A DNA stretch of 64,000 nucleotides, the filler included, from an uncultured Methanosarcinales archaeon (GTDB lineage Archaea; Nanobdellota; Nanobdellia; Woesearchaeales; JABMPP01), in NCBI GenBank assembly GCA_964604995.1. It is 4 parts of 4 records of this genome, joined end to end, with 100 filler letters (N's around TTAATTAATTAA, not from the genome) between each part and the next. Parts side by side here need not be neighbours in the genome. Positions count along the whole stretch, not along the records: positions 23,276 to 45,223 come from CAZSAD010000028.1; 3 more parts are not named here. One strand, 5' to 3'. Positions 29,604 through 39,951 of this stretch are shown piece by piece. The notes under the pieces are model-generated. The model had not been told where the DNA came from. It saw only the letters and a program-made list of their open reading frames with translations, and ran no database searches. A program made the translations under genes and the position numbers. The number at the start of each line of letters is the position of its first letter. Within the stretch, counting starts at the first letter, position 1.

Positions 29604-30872
29604 TTAATTTTCCGTTCCAACACCTAGTCTAATAATCTTATCTTTTCTCTCAGGAAAAAAATTCCTGGTGTCAATTATAAAATATTTTTCCAAATCAATT
29701 TGTTTGTAATAATCGTGATCAGTAACAATAACTACACAATCGCTATTTTTCAAGGTTTCATTTAATGTGTATAAAGGATAGTGAAAATTTGTGACATGAG
29801 GGTCATGAGTTTTTACATTCATACCTGCATCCAAACATAATTCAATAATCTTTTCAGCTGGTGTTTCTCTTGCATCATCAACATTTTTTTTGTATGCAAT
29901 GCCCAAAATAGAAATATTTGGTTTCTGTAATTTTTCCACTGCTTTTTTAATACACTTAAAAACATAATGTGGCATGGAATCATTAATTTCTCGTGCAGTT
30001 CTAATTATTTTTGCATTACCTGATTTTTCAACTAGAAACCATGGATCAAGTGCGATGCAATGTCCTCCAACTCCCGGACCAGGGAGGTGAATATTTACTC
30101 TTGGATGTTTATTTGCCAAATCTATTGTTTTCCAAACATCCACTTTAATATCTTCACAAATTTTTGCAAACTCATTTGCTAATGCAATATTAACATCCCT
30201 AAATGTATTTTCCATTAATTTAGCTGTTTCAGCAGTAGTAGAATCTGTTCGATAAATACACCCTTCAACAAATGAAGCATATAGATTAGCAGTTACCTCA
30301 GTTGATTTTTCATCCACTCCACCTACAATCCGATCATTTATTATCATCTCTTCGATTGTATTTCCCGGAATTGCTTTTTCAGCAACAAAAGATAACGAGA
30401 AATCTTTGCAGCATTTCAAACCTGATTTCTCCAAAATTGGACACACAACATCAGTTGTTGTTTTTGGTGGTACAGTAGATTCCAAAATTACAAGATCGCC
30501 TTTCTTGAGAATTTGCGAAATACTTTCTACTGCTTTTTTGACATAATTCATATTACAACGATTATCCTTAACTGGTGTTGGTACCGCAATAAGAAATACA
30601 TTACATTTTTTAATTTCAGATAGAAAAGTTGTTGCTTTAAAGTTAGATTTAGAACTTTCATATAAATCATTTAATCCTTTCTCTTGGAACGGCATATTCC
30701 CCATGTTAATATTCTTAACTTTTTGTTCAATAATATCGTATCCAAGCACATGATATTTCTTAGCAAAAAGTAGTGCAGTTGGCAATCCTATATACCCTAA
30801 ACCAAATACACAAATAAAAAAGTTTTCAGATCCATCCTTTCTTATTTCATTTTTAAAATTGTTAGTATTCAT
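29604..30872 (-). CDS. wecC: UDP-N-acetyl-D-mannosamine dehydrogenase
   Basis: GLGYIGLP, AVPTP, ENTFRDVNIA, PGPGVGGHC. Confidence 0.9.
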   Translation of the reverse strand: MNTNNFKNEIRKDGSENFFICVFGLGYIGLPTALLFAKKYHVLGYDIIEQKVKNINMGNMPFQEKGLNDLYESSKSNFKATTFLSEIKKCNVFLIAVPTPVKDNRCNMNYVKKAVESISQILKKGDLVILESTVPPKTTTDVVCPILEKSGLKCCKDFSLSFVAEKAIPGNTIEEMIINDRIVGGVDEKSTEVTANLYASFVEGCIYRTDSTTAETAKLMENTFRDVNIALANEFAKICEDIKVDVWKTIDLANKHPRVNIHLPGPGVGGHCIALDPWFLVEKSGNAKIIRTAREINDSMPHYVFKCIKKAVEKLQKPNISILGIAYKKNVDDARETPAEKIIELCLDAGMNVKTHDPHVTNFHYPLYTLNETLKNSDCVVIVTDHDYYKQIDLEKYFIIDTRNFFPERKDKIIRLGVGTEN

Positions 30873-30938
30873 TTTTATCCACTACTTGCCTTTTTATATT
30901 TATAAAGTGTCTGATTAAATATTATTTTTATTATTATC

Positions 30939-32039
30939 TTATCCTTCTTTGGGTTTATTATCCCATTTTATTATCGATTTCATAATATATTCAGCTGTAT
31001 GTCCATCACCGAATGGATTTGAACATTTAGGTGAATATTCGATAAATTTTTTTATAGCTAACATAACTTTCTTTTTATCAAGACCGCATAAAATATTCAT
31101 ACCGACATTTACTGTTTCTGGTCTTTCTGTATTTTCTCTAAGTGTAATACAAGGTATATTCAGAATACATGCCTCTTCCTGAACTCCCCCAGAATCGGTA
31201 ATAATAATTTTAGCATTCATTTCCAATAATAAAAAGTCAAGAAAACCGACAGGTTCAATTATTATTATATTATCAGGGATTTTAATTGAATGCTCTTGGA
31301 TTTTCTTTCTGGTACGTGGATGGATTGGCCAAACCAATGAATATTCATTATATAATAATGCAATAGTATTTAACATATCTTTAAGCTTTATCAAATTCTC
31401 AGATATGTCTACATTTTTTGATCTATGTACTGTAATTAAAAAATATCCCTTGGGTTTGATATTAAATTGTGATAAAATCTTACTTTTTTTCATTGCGATT
31501 TCTTTGTAATACAATACTGAATCAACTATTGTATTGCCAGTAACAAAAACTTTTTTTTTATCAATACCTTCACTAATAAGTATTTGTTCTTGAATTTTTG
31601 TCGGAGCAAATAGAAAATCTGAAACATGATCCGTAATGATTCTATTTGTTTCTTCAGGCATGGATTTGTCATAACTGCGAAGACCAGCTTCTATATGTCC
31701 CAAAGGTATTGACAATTTCGAAGTTGCCAATGCTGTTGCAACTACTGTATTGGTATCTCCTTGAACAAGTACAATGTTGGGTTTTTCACTAATCAATACA
31801 TTTTCAATTTTCAGTAAAATGTTACCTATTTGATTAGCATGGGTTCCAGAACCAACACTTAAGTTATATCTTGGCTGAGGGAGATTTAACTCTTCAAAAA
31901 ATATTTTGTCCATATTTTCAGAATAGTGTTGATTAGAGTGTATTATGAAAAATTCAACTGAGTGATTCTGGCAATATCTAATGATTGGTGTTAATTTAAT
32001 AATTTCAGGCCTTGTTCCCAAAACAATACATACTTTCAT
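30939..32039 (-). CDS. wecB: UDP-GlcNAc 2-epimerase (non-hydrolysing)
   Basis: GTRPEIIK, QGDT, HIEAGLRS, TDSGGVQEEA, ERPE. Confidence 0.95.
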   Translation of the reverse strand: MKVCIVLGTRPEIIKLTPIIRYCQNHSVEFFIIHSNQHYSENMDKIFFEELNLPQPRYNLSVGSGTHANQIGNILLKIENVLISEKPNIVLVQGDTNTVVATALATSKLSIPLGHIEAGLRSYDKSMPEETNRIITDHVSDFLFAPTKIQEQILISEGIDKKKVFVTGNTIVDSVLYYKEIAMKKSKILSQFNIKPKGYFLITVHRSKNVDISENLIKLKDMLNTIALLYNEYSLVWPIHPRTRKKIQEHSIKIPDNIIIIEPVGFLDFLLLEMNAKIIITDSGGVQEEACILNIPCITLRENTERPETVNVGMNILCGLDKKKVMLAIKKFIEYSPKCSNPFGDGHTAEYIMKSIIKWDNKPKEG

Positions 32040-32170
32040 CGCGATCCCTTATTTATAGTTTAACTGTGAATGCAATAGCTATTAATTTATTGTTTATACC
32101 GTTTATTAATAAAGGTATTTGAAACTTGAATTTACAATCAATTTAGGACTACAAATTATTGATAAATTAG

Positions 32171-33340
32171 TCACCCATGATATTTAAGATTTGACTGCAT
32201 TTTCATCATTAATGAATCAGCAAAAAATTTTGTTGCCCAATTTATTATCATATAAGCACAGTAGTTCCCATTTAGTGGATAACAACCTAGAATGCCACCG
32301 CTAATATTTCGAATACCCTTATTGTTCTTTCCGATAATTTGAATTGTTTTTACTTGATTGATAATCTTTTTAGCAGCATTTTTATATTTCAAATCTTTGG
32401 TTATACTGTAAAATCTTAACCAAATAATGGCTATCTGGCAATTTCCTGTTAAACATGTATTTTTATCATTAGATAGCCAATCTTTGTTTATAACACATGG
32501 TAAATGATTAAACCCATTATTTGAATAAATTTCTAACATTTTTTCACTTGCCAATTTTGCACTTTGGAATGTTCTTTTTTTTAAGTTGCCTTTTAATAAA
32601 AATGAACATTCTAATAATCCCCTGATAGTATATGCAATTAAATGAGTCCAAGGTTTATCTTTTTCTGATAAACTAGTATTCTTGAACCATCCATTGGACA
32701 TTTGTTGCTGAAGTACCCAATTTAAATTTTTTTGGGCAGTAACTTGAAATTTTTTTATTTTTGTAAGAGAATATAACTCCAATAATGCCCAATCCACACG
32801 AGCATGATAGGTTTTAGCACCCTGTGTAGTATATTTGATCCAAGCTCCAGATATATCTTGCATTCTCACGAGCCAATTACCTGCTTTTATTGCAGCGCTC
32901 AGATATTTTGAATTCCGTGTTACAATATACATTGAACATAATCCAAAAATCACTTGTCCGGTATTGAAGATTTTTTTATTTAATTTATCAAAATTGTCAA
33001 ACTCCCCAAAAGCTCCATCTTTTGCTTGCATGCTAATCTCCCAATCTGCCATACACTTGGCTTCTTGAAGAAATTTTGATTTTTTAGTTAATAAATAATA
33101 ATTAAGGAAAGTTGGAATAATATATCCTGTTGTTTCAACATATGATTTACCCCATTTATTTTGTTCTAAATAATAAGCAGCAGAAACACCTTGGTTACCG
33201 GTGATATCATGTGCCAAAGCTATCCATTCCATAGCAGATTTTAAATGAAGTTTATCCGATTTTGCTTTAAAGGGAATCTTATTAAATTCAGGATACTTAG
33301 TTTTTATTAATGCATATTTTATAATATTTTTAATGTTCAT
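32171..33340 (-). CDS. alpha/alpha-barrel protein (prenyltransferase/squalene-cyclase-like repeats), glycan-cluster associated
   Basis: Repeated W..xQxxDG[AW] motifs (WEISMQAKDGA, WLVRMQDISGAW, WVLQQQMSNGW); YVETTGYII; NWATKFF. Confidence 0.65.
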   Translation of the reverse strand: MNIKNIIKYALIKTKYPEFNKIPFKAKSDKLHLKSAMEWIALAHDITGNQGVSAAYYLEQNKWGKSYVETTGYIIPTFLNYYLLTKKSKFLQEAKCMADWEISMQAKDGAFGEFDNFDKLNKKIFNTGQVIFGLCSMYIVTRNSKYLSAAIKAGNWLVRMQDISGAWIKYTTQGAKTYHARVDWALLELYSLTKIKKFQVTAQKNLNWVLQQQMSNGWFKNTSLSEKDKPWTHLIAYTIRGLLECSFLLKGNLKKRTFQSAKLASEKMLEIYSNNGFNHLPCVINKDWLSNDKNTCLTGNCQIAIIWLRFYSITKDLKYKNAAKKIINQVKTIQIIGKNNKGIRNISGGILGCYPLNGNYCAYMIINWATKFFADSLMMKMQSNLKYHG

Positions 33341-33370
33341 AATATTTCAACCCCTAAAATAATTTTTTAA

Positions 33371-34003
33371 TTATTTTACTGCTTCTAAAAAAAACATCTG
33401 CTCCGGTCGATTATCAATATTTTTTACATCCGTTAAGTTACTTTCTTGATATTTTACATGTTTAATCTTAGAAAAACCTGCTTTTTTAAATAGTGTTGAC
33501 AAAGTTTCGTAATCATAAACATATTTGCATTTTTTTCCACAAGATTCATAACCATAAAACCATGAATTAAATTTTTCACCGAAGGTTTCACCGTCAAATC
33601 TATCTCTTCCATTCTTAAGCTTCTGAAAAAAAAAATGTTTATCTTTTTTAACATATTTTGTTGATATTAACCTAAGATCTTGAGTAGCAAATCTGGCAAT
33701 ACCCTTCTTTTTTAGTATCCTATTAACATCATTGATTATCTCTTGTCCTCTTTGTTTAGAAAAATAATTTATAGCAGAAATACAAACAACAACATTCATA
33801 CTATCATCGGGAAAAGGTAATAATTTTTTTTCCATATCCAAAACAATATCTGCATTAGAATTTATATCCACATTCCAATACCCTGGTAAGATCACAGGAC
33901 CTGAACAAAGATTGACTTTATCAAATTTTTTGTAATAGTAATGCCTTACAAAATGTTTGTAAAACTTTTCTTTCCAGATTAAGTTTATTTTTTTTATAAT
34001 CAT
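33371..34003 (-). CDS. SAM-dependent methyltransferase-like protein
   Basis: NLCSG..LPGYWNVD, LPFPDDS, RILKKKG. Confidence 0.75.
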   Translation of the reverse strand: MIIKKINLIWKEKFYKHFVRHYYYKKFDKVNLCSGPVILPGYWNVDINSNADIVLDMEKKLLPFPDDSMNVVVCISAINYFSKQRGQEIINDVNRILKKKGIARFATQDLRLISTKYVKKDKHFFFQKLKNGRDRFDGETFGEKFNSWFYGYESCGKKCKYVYDYETLSTLFKKAGFSKIKHVKYQESNLTDVKNIDNRPEQMFFLEAVK

Positions 34004-34012
34004 TGTGTATCC

Positions 34013-34729
34013 TTAGAATTGATTTTTATATTTGATTAATTTTCCTGCTTTATTATAAACATAATAATTAAAACCATCTTTCCATAAAAACATGTTTGAA
34101 AAAAGATTTTTGTTTTTGCGATACATCCTTTTTATAGGATTATTTATCTTGGAATGTGCCATATTGAAAAAAGTAGTATCACCAGTATCTTTCTTTTCAT
34201 AATCAGAATATTCAATAAAAATTAGGGTATTGCCAACCATTTTAACATACCACCTATGAAAGTTTGGAATCTTTGCGAAGTTAAACATTATATCAGATAT
34301 TCTTGTTGGTACCTCTATATACCCCCTTTTACCCACTCTCATCAATTCATCACAGGCCTTTGAGGGACTATTCACATGCTCAATGACATGTGCACAGTAA
34401 ACAAAATCAAACTCCTTATTTTTGAATGGAAGTTTCTGCACATCTGCTTCAGTAAAAGGTAAGTTATTTGTTTTTAAATCATTATATCTGTGTTGTGTAT
34501 GTTCTGGATATTTATCAACAAGATGTGTAGCAAATGGGAAGGGTTCACCACCACTACCAACATCTAAGACTTTATCGTTTTTTGATATATTAAAATTTAC
34601 AAATCTTTTTTGGTATGCATGCTTGGCTTCAAAGGATCGCCATTTTTTTGTGTAGAATACAACACTAAAGATATTAAAATGATTAAAAATATTAAATCCC
34701 TTATTCCAAACTTTTTTTAGTAATGACAT
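34013..34729 (-). CDS. class I SAM-dependent methyltransferase
   Basis: VLDVGSG, LPFKNKEFDFVYCAHVIEH. Confidence 0.85.
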   Translation of the reverse strand: MSLLKKVWNKGFNIFNHFNIFSVVFYTKKWRSFEAKHAYQKRFVNFNISKNDKVLDVGSGGEPFPFATHLVDKYPEHTQHRYNDLKTNNLPFTEADVQKLPFKNKEFDFVYCAHVIEHVNSPSKACDELMRVGKRGYIEVPTRISDIMFNFAKIPNFHRWYVKMVGNTLIFIEYSDYEKKDTGDTTFFNMAHSKINNPIKRMYRKNKNLFSNMFLWKDGFNYYVYNKAGKLIKYKNQF

Positions 34730-34789
34730 TTTGTATATCCTTCTAATTTATTTTATATATTATTCTTTATGGGTTATACTCATTATTCT

Positions 34790-36037
34790 TTATTTTGTTG
34801 ATAAATCCCAAGTATGTTCCACAACATATCTTGGATGAGAGTCATGCTCTATTCTCCCATTCTTGAAATAATCTCCCTCATCTACTAAAACTTTTGCAGC
34901 ATTTATTACATAATCACTAACTGCACCATTCACTGTACAATAAACATTAATTAAATACTCTCCAGCTAACAAGGGACAAGTCCTGATTTGACAATCTATA
35001 TAGCCAGACTTTTTAGTAATATTAAAATTATGATGTGTTGTTTCGCTCCAAAATGCGAGTAAATGTGCTCCTCCCAAATCATTTATTGTAAATGAAAATG
35101 CTACATTTTTTAATAATTTTTCATTTATACCTAATTTAAAATTTAACCTTACAATAAAAGGTTTTCCTGTTTGAATCTGATTATTTTTTGATTCCAGAAA
35201 TTCTATTTTAGTGATTACTAATCTTCCATCACCCTTACGATCAGTTCTAAAAGTTAATGGTTTTTTAACCAATGAATCAATAACATTCAAATAAGCATTT
35301 ATGGTCTTTGATGTGGTATCATACTTTTTTATCTTGCCATCTTCAATCAATATACATTTTTGGCATAAATTTTCTATGGCGGACATATTATGGCTTACGA
35401 ACAACACAGTTCTTCCAGAAGTTGCGACATCTTTCATTTTACCAAGACATTTTTTCTGGAATTCTACATCACCAACAGCCAATACTTCATCCACCAGAAG
35501 GATTTCTGGTTCTAGGTGAGCGGCTACTGCAAACGCTAATCTTACATACATCCCTGAAGAATATTTTTTTACCGGTGTATCCAAAAACTTTTCTACTCCA
35601 GAAAATTTAACTATCTCACTGAATTTATTATCAATTTCTTTTTTTTTCATACCCAATATTGCTCCATTCAAGTAAATGTTTTCTCTTCCAGTTAGTTCTG
35701 GATGAAATCCTGTACCCACTTCAAGCAAAGATGAAACTCGTCCATTTAATGTTATTTGCCCCGTTGTTGGTTCTGTAATTCTGGATAATATTTTTAATAA
35801 AGTACTTTTACCAGCACCATTTCTACCAATTATTCCAATAACTTCTCCTTTTTTTACTTCAAAAGAAACATCTTTCAAAGCCCATATACTCTTCTTGATG
35901 CGTTTTTTTCCAGATAAAAAATTAAATGGAGCATTGACTATTTCAACTAATTTATCTCTAAAATTCATAGAGTTTCCTCTACTACCTATCTCGTACTGTT
36001 TTCCTAATTTTTCAACTTTAATTACTGTTTCTGCCAT
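34790..36037 (-). CDS. wzt: polysaccharide ABC exporter ATPase with C-terminal carbohydrate-binding extension
   Basis: GRNGAGKS, YSSGM, LVDEVLAVGD, plus a C-terminal Wzt_C-like domain of roughly 160 aa. Confidence 0.92.
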   Translation of the reverse strand: MAETVIKVEKLGKQYEIGSRGNSMNFRDKLVEIVNAPFNFLSGKKRIKKSIWALKDVSFEVKKGEVIGIIGRNGAGKSTLLKILSRITEPTTGQITLNGRVSSLLEVGTGFHPELTGRENIYLNGAILGMKKKEIDNKFSEIVKFSGVEKFLDTPVKKYSSGMYVRLAFAVAAHLEPEILLVDEVLAVGDVEFQKKCLGKMKDVATSGRTVLFVSHNMSAIENLCQKCILIEDGKIKKYDTTSKTINAYLNVIDSLVKKPLTFRTDRKGDGRLVITKIEFLESKNNQIQTGKPFIVRLNFKLGINEKLLKNVAFSFTINDLGGAHLLAFWSETTHHNFNITKKSGYIDCQIRTCPLLAGEYLINVYCTVNGAVSDYVINAAKVLVDEGDYFKNGRIEHDSHPRYVVEHTWDLSTK

Positions 36038-36038
36038 T

Positions 36039-36857
36039 TTATATTGTATCAGCAAAATCTTTTTCCACAGATTTAAAATAAATTGCCCCTGTAACAAAAA
36101 TTACAATAGTTATTGCTACAGATATAGTAAGGAATGAATAATTAATAGCTGTTCCAAGTATCATTGCTCTATGCGCTTCAATAAATCCCGTCATAGGATT
36201 CAAAGCCAACAACCATTTAAATTTTCCTGCAAGCGATAAAGGATATATAACTGGAGTTATGAATATGAGTAATTGTATAAAGAAAGGAACTATGTATTTC
36301 ACATCTCGGTATTTGACATTTATTGCCGAAAGCCAAAAGCCAAGTCCAGAGGCGAGTAACAGTGTAAAGAATAATATTACTGGCAAAAAAATCATGTAAA
36401 TTGTTGGGATAATATGATAATAAAACATCAATCCAAACATTATTATGAATGCTATGAAATAATCAACTATTCCAACAAAAGTTGATGATAAAGGAAGTAT
36501 TATTCTAGGAAAATATATTTTGGATATTAATGATGCATTAGAAATAGTGCTATTGCTTGCAGAAGATAATGAATTCGCAAAATATACCCATAACAAAAGA
36601 CCAGAATATGAAAATATAGCATAAGGAACACCGCTAGAATCTATCTTGACAACGCTACCAAAAAATATTGTAAAGACAACCATAGTTAAAAATGGTTGTA
36701 GTATAGCCCACAATCCACCAATCAAAGTTTGTTTGTATCGTATCTTAATCTCTTTTAGTGCCAAAACCCATAATAACTCTTTATATTCAAACAACTCTTT
36801 CAAATCTAGATTAGTGAATCCTTTTCTCGGTTTGATTATTGTTATATTTGTATTCAT
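36039..36857 (-). CDS. wzm: polysaccharide ABC exporter permease
   Basis: RYKQT..G.LWA, KIYFPR, TPVIYP, LNP. Confidence 0.92.
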   Translation of the reverse strand: MNTNITIIKPRKGFTNLDLKELFEYKELLWVLALKEIKIRYKQTLIGGLWAILQPFLTMVVFTIFFGSVVKIDSSGVPYAIFSYSGLLLWVYFANSLSSASNSTISNASLISKIYFPRIILPLSSTFVGIVDYFIAFIIMFGLMFYYHIIPTIYMIFLPVILFFTLLLASGLGFWLSAINVKYRDVKYIVPFFIQLLIFITPVIYPLSLAGKFKWLLALNPMTGFIEAHRAMILGTAINYSFLTISVAITIVIFVTGAIYFKSVEKDFADTI

Positions 36858-37025
36858 TGTATATTTTAAACTCCATTTCCTTACAGAAACATATTATTTA
36901 TAAACGTTCTCCTTTAAAAAACAAAATTTATATATCTGGAAGATCTCTCTTTTCAAAAATTTTACTTTGTTTTAGATTTTGAATGTGTCTTCTGTTTCTA
37001 GAAATAAAGCTATACTTTTATTTTT

Positions 37026-37988
37026 TTAATCTATTCTTTTCCACATAAATTTCCTGAATTTGCTTAGTACTAATGGTGGGATATAACTTGCCAAATAGTA
37101 GATTATCATTTTATTACACCATCCATACTTTTTAAAGTATTTTTTGATTCCAACTCTAGTTTCACTCATTTGATTAAACCTGAACTTGCATTTAATTTCT
37201 CTTTGAAAAGAAGCTTTCTCAATTTTTCTTTCAGGTTTTATGGACAATATTTTTTTAGGGTTAAATAAGTTGTACTCTTTTTTTCCCTCTTTAATTCCTT
37301 TAGCATGTATTTCTTTAATCTTTTTCGTAAAAATTTTTTGATAATATGATTTAGTAGAGGAGATAGACCCAAGTGTTACCCTATACTTTAAAAGAGGTAA
37401 CGGATAATTTGCTATTTTTCTTCCTTGACTAATCATCTGCAAATACAAGTCATAATCTTCACAATAATATGCTTTCTCTCTGTAAAAGAATTTCCCCTCA
37501 TTTCTAAACATAATTGTAGGATGAATTAAACAACATGATTTCTTTAACTTTTTTTCTATCTCTTCAGGACAAAGCAGAACTTTTTCTAAGGCAATCTTTT
37601 TACCCATTTCATTTACCATAATCGCAAAACTACCGACCAGATTTATTTCTTTTTTATTTTCTAAAAATTCTAGTTGGAGTTCTAACCTTTTAGGCAGAGC
37701 AATATCATCTGCATCCATTCTTGCAATATATTTTCCTTTTGCAATCTTTAGACCTTTATTTAATGATCTTATAAGTCCAAGATTCGTTCGATTATTAATT
37801 AATTTTATCCGTTTATCATTTTTTTGATATTTTTTTATTATCTTTAGAGAGTTATCTGTTGAACCATCATTAATTATTATAAACTCAAAAGAGGCAAATG
37901 TTTGATTTAGAATTGATTCTATAGCTTCATTTAGATATTTTTCTGCATTGTATACGGACATAATCACTGAAATTTGTAGTTTTTTCAT
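37026..37988 (-). CDS. glycosyltransferase family 2
   Basis: MSVYN, NDGSTD, ARMDADD, EDYDL. Confidence 0.9.
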   Translation of the reverse strand: MKKLQISVIMSVYNAEKYLNEAIESILNQTFASFEFIIINDGSTDNSLKIIKKYQKNDKRIKLINNRTNLGLIRSLNKGLKIAKGKYIARMDADDIALPKRLELQLEFLENKKEINLVGSFAIMVNEMGKKIALEKVLLCPEEIEKKLKKSCCLIHPTIMFRNEGKFFYREKAYYCEDYDLYLQMISQGRKIANYPLPLLKYRVTLGSISSTKSYYQKIFTKKIKEIHAKGIKEGKKEYNLFNPKKILSIKPERKIEKASFQREIKCKFRFNQMSETRVGIKKYFKKYGWCNKMIIYYLASYIPPLVLSKFRKFMWKRID

Positions 37989-39103
37989 TTTGTGTTATTT
38001 TCCTTTAAAACTTCCCCATAAACTTCCATATATTTTGGAATCTGCTTTTCTGCTGTAAATTTCCAGATATCCTTTAAGTTATTCTTGGAAATTCTTTCTA
38101 TTTCTTTTGGATTGTTCTTTAGATAAATAATTAATTCTTTCATTTTTTTAGTATCTCCGGGAGGAAATAAATATCCATTTCTGCCATCAACAAAATATTC
38201 TCTTATGGCAGGCAGATCGGACGCTAGAACTACTAAACCACGTGCCATGGCCTCTAAAATTACCATTCCGAATGTTTCAGAGTAAGAAGGTAAAATTAAA
38301 ATTTCATGCGCACCATAATATAAAAATAATTCTTTGTTCGCTACATAATTTAAGTGATTCACTGTTTTTCTTTTAGGTATTAGTCCTTTAAGTTTGCCAT
38401 CTCCTATTATTGTAAATGTCACATCTGTATCAATTTCATTAATTACTTTGATTAGATCTTCAAATCCCTTTAATTCAGTTAATCGACCTATATACATAAC
38501 TTTTAATCTTTTATTCTTTCTTGGTGTATTACTTTTTTTTATTAGTTTTGAGTCTATAAAATTGTTGATTATTATTGATTTATTATCAAATGTTTTCTTA
38601 AATAAACAAAATTTTTTAAAACTCTGTTTTTGTGTAGCAGTAATAAATATAATTTTTTTTACAGAGAATAAAAATAGATTGATAAATAATATTTTTGATA
38701 AAACCACATTGAAAAACTTTATGAAACCAAAATTATCCATATTAGTATGAAATGTGATTATATGATTGCCCCCATATCGCTTTATTTTTATAAAGTAGAT
38801 TATAGATCTTATATCAAATATAAAATGTTGTATTAATTTTTTATTTGAATTATCAGTAAATATTTTTTTTATAGCAAAATTATCTTTTTTTGAAGGAAAC
38901 TCTTTTCCAAAAATTAGTTTTGGTTCTAAAAAATAAAAATCTTTATTTATAATTTTTTGGGTATCCATTAATGATAATACCTTTATTTTAAGTCCTTTTT
39001 TTGTTAAAGTAGAATACAGTTTTTGTATGACCACTGCTTCTCCCCCTACCTGAGAGGATTTAGTTACAAAAATAATCTCCGATTCATTCATTTTCTTTTC
39101 CAT
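37985..39103 (-). CDS. glycosyltransferase family 4
   Basis: YIGRL..LKG, ETFGMVILEAMARG. Confidence 0.88.
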   Translation of the reverse strand: MEKKMNESEIIFVTKSSQVGGEAVVIQKLYSTLTKKGLKIKVLSLMDTQKIINKDFYFLEPKLIFGKEFPSKKDNFAIKKIFTDNSNKKLIQHFIFDIRSIIYFIKIKRYGGNHIITFHTNMDNFGFIKFFNVVLSKILFINLFLFSVKKIIFITATQKQSFKKFCLFKKTFDNKSIIINNFIDSKLIKKSNTPRKNKRLKVMYIGRLTELKGFEDLIKVINEIDTDVTFTIIGDGKLKGLIPKRKTVNHLNYVANKELFLYYGAHEILILPSYSETFGMVILEAMARGLVVLASDLPAIREYFVDGRNGYLFPPGDTKKMKELIIYLKNNPKEIERISKNNLKDIWKFTAEKQIPKYMEVYGEVLKENNTK

Positions 39104-39951
39104 ATTAAACCCTGTAAAAATAAAAAAACATTCCCCATAACTAAAAGTATATAATAATCAAAATATTTTTTATGTTTTCTAAAAAAGTTTAAAGATGATG
39201 AAATAGTATTTTTAAAATAAGAATGTCTTCCAATTTTATTAATAGCATCACCTTTTAAGTGATATATCATAACATCTGTTTTACATAAGATTTTTATTCC
39301 TAGTTTATTAATTCTATAGCATAAGTCCACATCGTTGTAAAATAACGGAAAGTTCTTTTCATCAAATAAACAACCTAAACGATTGATTAATTTTTTAGAT
39401 ATGAGAATAGCTGAGCCTGGTGCTTGTTCAACATAAAAATCTTTATCAAACTTATTATTTAATGAAAGATAGTTTTTAACAGAAGGTAAAAATCCTAAAA
39501 TTCCGTATTTTTGATATATTTTACTAGTGAATAAACGCATAACTGATGGAAAACCCCTATGCATATTCTTTTGAATTGTTCCATCCTTATTTAATAAAGT
39601 GCAAGTTACGACATCTTTCTTATTTTTTATAAGATAATCAAGCAAAGCATCAACTGACCCTTTAATTACTACAGTATCACTATTTAGTATGAATATATAA
39701 TCTCCTTCAGAAACAGCATACCCTTGGTTATTTGCTCCGGCAAACATATTATTGAATTTATTTTTTATGACCTTAACTTTAGGAAATTTTCTCTGTATAA
39801 ATTCAACACTTCCATCTTTAGAATTATTGTCAACTACAATTATTTCATAAGAATATTTTTTTATTGTTTTTTGAAGTGAATTTATACAATTAAGAATAAC
39901 TTGACCACAATTCCAGTTCACTAATATTATTGATAATTTTGGTTTTTTCAT
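39088..39951 (-). CDS. glycosyltransferase family 2 (WbbL-like)
   Basis: VNWN, VVDNNSKDGS, ILNSD, YNDVDLCYR. Confidence 0.87.
   Translation of the reverse strand: MKKPKLSIILVNWNCGQVILNCINSLQKTIKKYSYEIIVVDNNSKDGSVEFIQRKFPKVKVIKNKFNNMFAGANNQGYAVSEGDYIFILNSDTVVIKGSVDALLDYLIKNKKDVVTCTLLNKDGTIQKNMHRGFPSVMRLFTSKIYQKYGILGFLPSVKNYLSLNNKFDKDFYVEQAPGSAILISKKLINRLGCLFDEKNFPLFYNDVDLCYRINKLGIKILCKTDVMIYHLKGDAINKIGRHSYFKNTISSSLNFFRKHKKYFDYYILLVMGNVFLFLQGLIWKRK

Noticed and set aside
36858..37025. Short minus-strand open frame between GT2 and wzm
   Set aside because: No start codon or recognisable motif.
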